From Bacteroidaceae bacterium (GTDB lineage: Bacteria; Bacteroidota; Bacteroidia; Bacteroidales; Bacteroidaceae), in NCBI GenBank assembly GCA_017516265.1, contig JAFXDL010000051.1, positions 3,477 to 67,476 of the forward strand: a stretch of 64,000 bases of DNA, read 5' to 3'. Position numbers and translations under genes: made by a program. Shown piece by piece: positions 21,109 through 29,052 of the stretch. The first letter of the stretch is position 1; each line of letters starts with the position of its first letter. The notes below the pieces were generated by a model. It searched no databases, was not told the origin of the DNA, and saw only the letters and a program-made list of their open reading frames with translations.

Positions 21109-24100
21109 ATGAACTGTACACAATGTAACAGAGAAAACCGAGAGATTGCACGCTATTGCAAATGGTGTGGAAAACCCATTCTCCAACATGCAGACCCGCT
21201 GGACAAACTGGTGGGATTGACTGATGTGAAAAGCCAGTTCCGAAACTTGGTGACGACTTTTTCTCACCTGAGAGCCAGTTCGCCCACTCAGAATATTCTG
21301 CTGAACCTCAACTCCATCATCATTGGAGAAACGGGTACGGGAAAAACCTCCATACCACACATCTTGCGTGACTATCTGAGCCAGCATGGCATTATCCAGA
21401 AACCAAAGTTGCAAGTGGTGGATGCCGTAGATTACAACCGCTTTATGGAAAAATGGGAAGCTAATGTGAAGGAAGCTCGTGGAGGAATCTTGTTCTTCGA
21501 CAATGTCCAGAAACTGTTGCCTGACAGTTACTCCAAGAATGTGAATCCGTTGGACAAACTTTTCATAGAGATGGACAAGTGGAACAACGACCCCATTGTC
21601 ATCATGGCAGGATTACCCGGTGGATTTGAAGAGTTCTTGGAGAACAATCCGGCAGTAAGAAGCCGTTTCAAATACCTTTTCCGCCTGCAACCACTGAATG
21701 CAGCTGAAATATATGAACTGACCCTTCGCATCTTGCGCGAACGGTATGCAATGGGAGCACTTTCGCCTGCAGCTGCTGACAAACTGATGCGTCAGATCAA
21801 GTATGAGGTGAAAAACAGGGATGATTCATTCGGCAATGCCCATTATGCCCGCAAGAAGGCTGAAGACCTGTTTACTGCCTATATCTCGCATCCGGCGAAA
21901 GTGAATGGAGAGATACAGGAAGAAGACATTGTAGGATACGTCCCTGCCGACCGTAGTCTGGATGACATCTTGGCCGAACTTGACGAATTTATCGGTATGG
22001 ACAATGTAAAACAGGCTGTTCGTGAAATAGCTTGGGAGGTACAGAGTAATGTGATGCGTCGCAGACGTGGATTGGCTTCCGAAGAAAACCTGTCGATACA
22101 CATTGTACTGACAGGTAATCCGGGTACAGGAAAGACTTCCGTAGCCCGCAAATTGGGAGAGATATTTGAGGCTATCGGATTCTTGGAAAGCAGTCATGTT
22201 GAGGAGGTTGACCGTAGCCGTATGGTCAGCCAGTATGTAGGCGAGACTCCCAAGTTGGTGGACAAACTGGTAGATAAGGCCATGGGAGGCATCCTGTTTG
22301 TGGATGAAGCATATACGCTGGCTCCTGTAAACGAATCAGGCAACAAGGATGAACAAGGAACCCAAGCTTTGGAGAAACTGATGAAACGCATGGAGGACGA
22401 CCGTGGTAAGTTTGTGGTCATTGCCGCTGGATATAAGACAGAAATGGAAAACCTCCTTCGGGTAAATCCAGGTATGCGTAGCCGTTTCAACCGCTTCCTC
22501 CACATTGATGACTACACTCCTGATGAACTGTATCGCATTCTGCTGATGTTTGTGCAGAAAAAGCATTTCCGCCTCAGTGAAGCCGCTACCAAGGTAGCAC
22601 AAATGGCTATCCGCCAACTATATGAAGGTAGAGACAAGAACTTTGCCAATGCCCGTGAAGTGCGTTCTTTGTTTGAGAAAATGTGTACCCGGCAAGCAGA
22701 ACGTATCAACCGCCTGCCTTTAAGTGGACAGACGGATGAGGTGTTTCAAACATTTGAACCCGAAGACATACCTTGTGAAAGATTGGCAACGGTCAGCTAC
22801 GAAGATTGTCTGAAAGGGTTGGATTCACTGGTAGGCTTGCAACGTGTGAAAGAGGAGGTGTCTGCTATGGCCTCGTTCATAAACATGCAGGTACAACGTG
22901 GTGACACTGTGGCTGCACAGGGAAACCATTATGTGTTTACCGGTAATCCAGGAACAGGAAAGACTACAGTGGCACGCATCATGGCTGATGTACTGAAAGC
23001 TCTTGGAGTCGTTTCGCGCGGACAGCTTGTAGAGGCTGACCGAAGCAAGTTGGTAGCCGGGTTTGCCGGACAAACAGCCATCAAGACCAACCAACTGATT
23101 GACTCAGCCATGGGAGGTGTACTTTTCATCGATGAAGCCTATACCCTTTGTCAGGGAGACACTGATACGTATGGACGGGAAGCGTTGGATACTCTGCTCA
23201 AGCGGTTGGAAGATGACCGTGGACGATTTGTATGCATCGTAGCAGGATATACACAGGAAATGCATCGGTTTATAGATTCTAATCCGGGATTGAAGTCTCG
23301 CTTTACTAAAACTTTGCATTTTGATGATTATAAGCCGGAAGAGCTTTTGCAGATATTCCTCAATCTTGCCGCAAGGAACAAATTCGTGTTGAGTGAGCCG
23401 ACCAAGAATACCCTATTGCATGAACTTGAAATCATGTATGCCACACGCGACCATAATTTTGGAAATGCCCGCGATATTCGTGTCATGTTTGACCAGGCAA
23501 TATCCAATCAGAGCCGACGTCTGATAGAGGTGATGAACTCTCCCACCTTCTCACAGGATATGATGTTTGAACTCCTTCCTGAAGATATTGTAGGGAAGAG
23601 TCAGCGCAGTCCCAAGACTTTGGATGAAGTCCTTATGGAACTGGACGAATTTGTAGGAATGAACTCCATAAAGGAAGCAGTCCGAAGGATGGCTGTACAA
23701 GTGGTGTTTATGCAACAACGCCTGCAATTGGGTATTGGCAGTGCTGAACCTATGGCTGTCAATATTGTGCTTACAGGTAATCCGGGTACAGGAAAGACTT
23801 CCATAGCCCGCAAGATGGGTGAAGTGTTGAAAGCCGTCGGGATGCTTCCTACTGACAATGTGATTGAGGTGGACCGCAACCAAATGGTAGGCAAGTATAT
23901 GGGCGAAACTCCCAAATTGGTAAATGCCTTGTGCGACCGTGCTATCGGTGGTGTGCTCTTCATTGACGAAGCCTATACGCTGTATGAAACAGACGGTAGC
24001 GGTGGCGATAAATATGGACGTGAAGCCGTAGAAACCTTGATGAAACGCATGGAGGATGACCGTGGTAAGTTTGTGGTCATTGCCGCTGGATACAGAAAGG

Positions 24101-24441
24101 AGATGGAGATGTTCATGCAAGTGAATCCGGGACTTGACAGCCGTTTTACTCATAGGTTGAATATCGAAGATTACACAGAAAGTGAATTGGTGGAAATCTT
24201 CAAGGCACAAGTCCGCAAGAAACAGTATCTGTTGTCTGAATCAGCAGAAGGGGTACTGATGGAGCGTGTGCATGAACTCTATGTGAACAAGACACGTAAC
24301 TTTGGTAATGCACGTGAGATACGCAAAATGTTTGATGCCACGGTGCAGCAGCTTTCCATGCGTGTATCTATGATTCCTCCTTCGAGGTTGTCCCAACGTG
24401 ATTATCAAGTGATAGAGGCGCAGGACATCACATTGCCTTGA
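21109..24441 (+). CDS. Zinc-ribbon + four tandem CbbX/SpoVK/EccA-type AAA+ ATPase modules
   Basis: N-terminal CTQC..CKWC. Walker A GETGTGKT and GNPGTGKT x3. Walker B FFDNV (degenerate), FVDEAY, FIDEAY, FIDEAY. NP...SRF and F(G/A)NA motifs occur in each module. Confidence 0.92.
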   Translation: MNCTQCNRENREIARYCKWCGKPILQHADPLDKLVGLTDVKSQFRNLVTTFSHLRASSPTQNILLNLNSIIIGETGTGKTSIPHILRDYLSQHGIIQKPKLQVVDAVDYNRFMEKWEANVKEARGGILFFDNVQKLLPDSYSKNVNPLDKLFIEMDKWNNDPIVIMAGLPGGFEEFLENNPAVRSRFKYLFRLQPLNAAEIYELTLRILRERYAMGALSPAAADKLMRQIKYEVKNRDDSFGNAHYARKKAEDLFTAYISHPAKVNGEIQEEDIVGYVPADRSLDDILAELDEFIGMDNVKQAVREIAWEVQSNVMRRRRGLASEENLSIHIVLTGNPGTGKTSVARKLGEIFEAIGFLESSHVEEVDRSRMVSQYVGETPKLVDKLVDKAMGGILFVDEAYTLAPVNESGNKDEQGTQALEKLMKRMEDDRGKFVVIAAGYKTEMENLLRVNPGMRSRFNRFLHIDDYTPDELYRILLMFVQKKHFRLSEAATKVAQMAIRQLYEGRDKNFANAREVRSLFEKMCTRQAERINRLPLSGQTDEVFQTFEPEDIPCERLATVSYEDCLKGLDSLVGLQRVKEEVSAMASFINMQVQRGDTVAAQGNHYVFTGNPGTGKTTVARIMADVLKALGVVSRGQLVEADRSKLVAGFAGQTAIKTNQLIDSAMGGVLFIDEAYTLCQGDTDTYGREALDTLLKRLEDDRGRFVCIVAGYTQEMHRFIDSNPGLKSRFTKTLHFDDYKPEELLQIFLNLAARNKFVLSEPTKNTLLHELEIMYATRDHNFGNARDIRVMFDQAISNQSRRLIEVMNSPTFSQDMMFELLPEDIVGKSQRSPKTLDEVLMELDEFVGMNSIKEAVRRMAVQVVFMQQRLQLGIGSAEPMAVNIVLTGNPGTGKTSIARKMGEVLKAVGMLPTDNVIEVDRNQMVGKYMGETPKLVNALCDRAIGGVLFIDEAYTLYETDGSGGDKYGREAVETLMKRMEDDRGKFVVIAAGYRKEMEMFMQVNPGLDSRFTHRLNIEDYTESELVEIFKAQVRKKQYLLSESAEGVLMERVHELYVNKTRNFGNAREIRKMFDATVQQLSMRVSMIPPSRLSQRDYQVIEAQDITLP

Positions 24442-24512
24442 AACCCTTCTCACTTTCACTCATCCCACTCTTTCTAAAGTCGTTTAATACATAAAAATAA
24501 CTTTCATAATTC

Positions 24513-25076
24513 ATGATGCATTGTCCGAAATGTAAAGCTGAGATAGATTCTGACTCCTATTATTGTGACCAATGTGGACAGGAAATCCGTTTTTGCCAAT
24601 CGTGCAGAAAACCAGGTAAGGGTAACCGATGTACTGCTTGTGGCGGACGCATGATTCCTGCAGCAGAGTACATGAAGTCTTCGATGCCATATACGGCTGC
24701 TTCGTTAGCCAGCCAACCTGTCTGTCAGGAAGCTGCACCTGTAGGTGATGTTGCCACCATGAAGGTTCCTGCTACCGTGCGTCTGATACTTTCCAATGGC
24801 TTGATGGGGATTACGATTGAAGGTGTTGATGGAGCTGTCATCGGTCGTAGGCAAGGTATTTACTGTGCCCAGTTTTCACGCTTTCCGTATGTATCGGGCA
24901 CTCATGCCCAGCTGAAGTTCGATGTTGTAAAGAACCGTTGGACGATTACGGATATGAACTCTTCCAACGGGACAAAATACAATGGTACAGCCTTGGTACC
25001 AGGAATGCCTTGTGTGCTCGAGAATGGTGCTACGGTACAGTTGGCCAATGTGATGCTGACAGTTGCAGTCATGTGA
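24513..25076 (+). CDS. Zinc-ribbon + FHA domain protein
   Basis: CPKC/CDQC/CQSC/CTAC ribbons. FHA signature residues IGR, VSGTHA and SSNGT are intact. Confidence 0.9.
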   Translation: MMHCPKCKAEIDSDSYYCDQCGQEIRFCQSCRKPGKGNRCTACGGRMIPAAEYMKSSMPYTAASLASQPVCQEAAPVGDVATMKVPATVRLILSNGLMGITIEGVDGAVIGRRQGIYCAQFSRFPYVSGTHAQLKFDVVKNRWTITDMNSSNGTKYNGTALVPGMPCVLENGATVQLANVMLTVAVM

Positions 25077-25194
25077 GAGAGAGGTATGTGGTTCACAATC
25101 ATGATACAGATGAGGGGTATGAAACGCTCTTGAGAGAGAGCTTGCAAACTTACAAACTAACAAATTAAGGAAAAAAACAAAAAAAGAACTCAGA

Positions 25195-25941
25195 ATGAAA
25201 TATTCCGTCAGTGCCCAAAGTCATGTGGGACTTGTCCGTAGTCAAAATGAAGATATGATTCTTATCAGCAATCGTTTCTTGCGTGATGAGTCATACGAAA
25301 TCCAACTTCATGCGGATGAATATAGTGGAAATATCCTTTTCGCCTTAGCGGATGGCATGGGCGGACACAATGCTGGTGAGGTGGCTAGCGAAGAGACACT
25401 GCATCACCTGTCTGCCTTTTTCAACTCATTGCCTTCGGGGCTTACTCCCGAAGGGTTGCAACAGGCTTTTACTGCTTGGATATGGCAAGCTCATACACAC
25501 TTGAAGCAGAAGGGAGATGCCTATCCCGAACTCTTCAATATGGGTACCACATTGGTAGGGCTATGTCTGTATGAAGGACGGGCTTATTCCTTCAATTGTG
25601 GTGATAGCCGTATCTACCTGATGCGAAGCGACAAATTGGAGCGATTGTCTGAAGACCATACCTATGACCGTATAACGGGACGGAAGGAACACTCCCATAT
25701 CTTGACCAATTGTGTAGGGTGCGGACAATCCATATTTCTAGATTTCAAGCCTTTGCTGGATGCTCCTTCTGCAGGTGACACGTTTCTCCTCTGTTCCGAT
25801 GGATTGACAGACTTGGTGTCTGACGAACAGTTGGCACGTTTCTTGCGTGCAGGTTCTACAGCTCCTGTACTCATCCGCATGGCTCTTCATGCAGGTGGAC
25901 GCGATAATGTCTCTGCTTGTCTGATACGCTTTGGTTACTAA
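25195..25941 (+). CDS. PP2C/PPM-family Ser/Thr phosphatase
   Basis: HVGLVRSQNED, ADGMGGHNAGEVAS, MGTT, GDSR, EDHT, LCSDGL and GGRDN are all present. Confidence 0.93.
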   Translation: MKYSVSAQSHVGLVRSQNEDMILISNRFLRDESYEIQLHADEYSGNILFALADGMGGHNAGEVASEETLHHLSAFFNSLPSGLTPEGLQQAFTAWIWQAHTHLKQKGDAYPELFNMGTTLVGLCLYEGRAYSFNCGDSRIYLMRSDKLERLSEDHTYDRITGRKEHSHILTNCVGCGQSIFLDFKPLLDAPSAGDTFLLCSDGLTDLVSDEQLARFLRAGSTAPVLIRMALHAGGRDNVSACLIRFGY

Positions 25942-25974
25942 TTTCTAGAAAAGAAAAAACACATCATAAACATC

Positions 25975-28830
25975 ATGCGAAACCGAATCAAACTATCTCT
26001 CCCACTCTTTTGTGTGGCCATACAGTTCATGGCACAATCGCCTTCTGTGAAGCAACAGATGCCCGATGTTCATTATACTGACAGCACTGTGGTGGTACAT
26101 CCCGCCCAGGGTGGACATACTGTGCGTTTGCAACCTGTGTCTGAGAATATTGTCCGCGTATCTGTGACACCTGACAGGAAGTTTCCTAAAGATACCAGCC
26201 TGATTGTTCTTCCAGGCAAATTCAATCAATACAAGAGAGCTACGGACTTGTCTGTAACGAGTGTGCAGACTTCCCGAATGAAGGCTACTGTGGACCTCGT
26301 GGACGGACGTATCCGTATCTATCGTGCAGGAAACTCTTCGCCACTCCTTACCGAACATCTCCCTACCCGTTCGTTCACTCCCATCGAGGTGGATGGTGTC
26401 AAGGCCTACACGACCCGCTACAGTTTCATTGGACAAGCGGGTGAAGCGCTTTATGGGTTGGGACAGCATCAGGCGGATGAGTTCAACTATAAGGGGAAGA
26501 GTGAAGAACTCTTTCAGTACAACACCAAGGTGTCAGTCCCTTTCATTGTCTCTACTCACGGATACGGCATCTTGTGGGACAGCTATTCGTTGAGCCGTTT
26601 TGGTGATTCGCGCGACTATGCCCAGTTGCACCGTGCCTTTACATTGTATGACAAGGAAGGGATTGAGGGAAGTCTTACAGGCATCTATTGTAACAAGCAA
26701 CTGTCGAATCCGTTGGTACGGCGTGAAGACTCGCTTTACTTCGAGAATCTGAAGACTATCAAGAACCTGCCTACAGAAGTACCGCTCTATGGTTCGGAGG
26801 TCACGTACGAAGGTTGGTTGGAACCTCATGCGACAGGCACACACTACTTTCTGCTCTACTATGCAGGGTATGTGAAGGTGTACGTTGACAACCGTCTGAT
26901 AGTACCCGAACGGTGGCGTACGGCTTGGAATCCGAATAGCCACAAGTTTTCTGTGCCCATGCAGCAGGGCGAGCGTGTAAAACTACGTATCGAATGGCGT
27001 CCTGATGGAGGTGAATCATACTGTGGTTTGCGGGTGCTGACTCCTCGTCCGGAGGATGAGCGAAACCGCTTGACCATTTGGAATGAGATGGAGAATCAGA
27101 TAGACTATTACGTGATTGTTGGCGATATGGATGAGATTGTCAGCGGTTATCGTACGCTCACAGGTAAAGCCCCCGTGATGCCTCGTTGGGCTATGGGATA
27201 TTGGCAGAGCCGCGAGCGTTACAAGACGCAGGATGAACTTACTGGGACGCTTGCCGAGTTCCGCCAGCGCCGTTTGCCTATCGACAACATTGTGCAGGAT
27301 TGGAGCTATTGGCCCGAAGATGCTTGGGGATGCCATGAGTTTGACCTCAAACGTTTCCCCAATCCCAAAGGAATGGTGGACGAGGTGCATCAGCAGAATG
27401 CCCATCTGATGATTTCCGTGTGGCCCAAGTTCTATGCCTCCACCGAACACTACAAGGAGTTTGACCGTCAGGGATGGATGTACCAGCAGGCCGTCAAGGA
27501 CAGCATCCGCGACTGGATAGGTCCCGGATACATAGGCTCCTTCTACGATGCCTACAGCTATGGTGCGCGTCGTCTTTTCTGGAAGCAGTTGAAAGACCAC
27601 CTCTACCCTCTCGGCATCGATGCCTGGTGGATGGATGCCAGCGAGCCGAACGTGCGCGATTGTACCGACATGGAGTACCGCAAGGCACTTTGTGGTCCTA
27701 CGGCACTTGGTCCTTCGGCGCAATACTTCAATGCATACGCTCTGATGAATGCCCATGCCATCTATACCGGCCTTCGCGAGGAGGATGCTGATCGCCGCGT
27801 CTTCCAGCTTACCCGTTCGGGCTTTGCCGGTCTTCAGCGCTACTCTACCGCTACGTGGAGTGGCGACATCGCTTCACGTTGGGAAGACCTGAAGGCTCAG
27901 ATTCCTGCCGGCATCAACTTCTCGCTCAGCGGAGTGCCCTTCTGGACTATGGATATTGGTGGTTTCTGTGTGGAGAATCGCTATGTGAAGGCTTACAAAG
28001 AGTTCTTGAAGACTGGCAAGGAGAGTCGCACGCTGGAGGAGTGGCGCGAGTTGAACACCCGATGGTTCCAGTTCGGATCTTTCTGTCCGCTCTTCCGTAG
28101 TCATGGACAATATCCCTATCGAGAGCCGTGGCACATAGCTCCTGAAGGGCACGAGGCTTACGAAAGCATGGCCTATTACCTCGACCTTCGCTATCGGTTG
28201 ATGCCCTATCTCTATAGTTTGGCTGGAGCTGCTCACCACACCGACTATACCCTGATGCGTGCTTTGGCTATGGATTTCACAAACGATGCGAATACTTATG
28301 ATGTAGGCGACCAGTATATGTTCGGCCCAGCCCTGATGGTAGCCCCCGTCTATGAATACAAGGCCCGCACACGCAACGTGTATTTGCCCGAAGGACGTAC
28401 GTGGTACGACTTCTACACAGGAAAAGCATACGATGGCGGACAGACTCTGAAAGCCGATGCTCCCTACGGTCGTATCCCCCTCTATGTGCCTGCAGGTAGC
28501 ATCCTTGTTACCGGACGCCCGATGCAATATGCTTCAGAATTGCCGACAGACACACTTACCATTCATGTATATCAAGGAGCTGACGGTACTTTTACCCTTT
28601 ATGAAGACGATGGCACCACATATGCTTACGAGCGTGGCGAATACCTGCAAATCCCCCTCATCTACGATGAAAAGAAGCAGACACTCACCATCGGTGCTCA
28701 ACAAGGCTATTATCCCGAAGCGGTGAAGGAACGCACGTTACACATTGTCCTCACTTCGGCTGATGGTCACCAGCAAGCGGTAAAGACAGTGACGTACATC
28801 GGAAAAGCCATAAAGGTGAAATGCAGATGA
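25975..28830 (+). CDS. GH31 alpha-xylosidase with PA14 insert
   Basis: Signal peptide, YGLGQHQ, a PA14-like insert, GYWQSRERY, nucleophile WWMDASEP, WSGDI and WTMDIGGF. Confidence 0.88.
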   Translation: MRNRIKLSLPLFCVAIQFMAQSPSVKQQMPDVHYTDSTVVVHPAQGGHTVRLQPVSENIVRVSVTPDRKFPKDTSLIVLPGKFNQYKRATDLSVTSVQTSRMKATVDLVDGRIRIYRAGNSSPLLTEHLPTRSFTPIEVDGVKAYTTRYSFIGQAGEALYGLGQHQADEFNYKGKSEELFQYNTKVSVPFIVSTHGYGILWDSYSLSRFGDSRDYAQLHRAFTLYDKEGIEGSLTGIYCNKQLSNPLVRREDSLYFENLKTIKNLPTEVPLYGSEVTYEGWLEPHATGTHYFLLYYAGYVKVYVDNRLIVPERWRTAWNPNSHKFSVPMQQGERVKLRIEWRPDGGESYCGLRVLTPRPEDERNRLTIWNEMENQIDYYVIVGDMDEIVSGYRTLTGKAPVMPRWAMGYWQSRERYKTQDELTGTLAEFRQRRLPIDNIVQDWSYWPEDAWGCHEFDLKRFPNPKGMVDEVHQQNAHLMISVWPKFYASTEHYKEFDRQGWMYQQAVKDSIRDWIGPGYIGSFYDAYSYGARRLFWKQLKDHLYPLGIDAWWMDASEPNVRDCTDMEYRKALCGPTALGPSAQYFNAYALMNAHAIYTGLREEDADRRVFQLTRSGFAGLQRYSTATWSGDIASRWEDLKAQIPAGINFSLSGVPFWTMDIGGFCVENRYVKAYKEFLKTGKESRTLEEWRELNTRWFQFGSFCPLFRSHGQYPYREPWHIAPEGHEAYESMAYYLDLRYRLMPYLYSLAGAAHHTDYTLMRALAMDFTNDANTYDVGDQYMFGPALMVAPVYEYKARTRNVYLPEGRTWYDFYTGKAYDGGQTLKADAPYGRIPLYVPAGSILVTGRPMQYASELPTDTLTIHVYQGADGTFTLYEDDGTTYAYERGEYLQIPLIYDEKKQTLTIGAQQGYYPEAVKERTLHIVLTSADGHQQAVKTVTYIGKAIKVKCR

Positions 28831-28860
28831 TGTAGTAGTGATTACTTGTTATTTGAACCA

Positions 28861-28926
28861 CATTCATTCCTAGTATGTATGTCATTCATTCCTAGTTTGA
28901 ATACCATACAGTCGTACAATGAATAT
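28861..28926. repeat. Degenerate 22-bp period repeat (copy 3)
   Basis: CATTCATTCCTAGTATGTATGT / CATTCATTCCTAGTTTGAATAC / CATACAGTCGTACAATGAATAT show a 22-nt period. The last unit matches the family at 16848. Confidence 0.6.
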
Positions 28927-29052
28927 TGTTCAGTTCTCTGTACTTTTTCCTTAAAGTATAACTGTAATTTCTAATAAAACCGTATCTTTGCCTAGCAATC
29001 TGAAAATGAATGCAAGTTTACAAATAGTATAAACCATAAAATCAAGAAGAAC

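Noticed and set aside
17105-25941. Kinase/FHA/PP2C/AAA cluster as part of a T6SS or T7SS
   Set aside because: No Hcp, VgrG, TssB/C, WXG100 or FtsK-type genes are in the window, and the ATPase is CbbX/SpoVK-type rather than ClpV.
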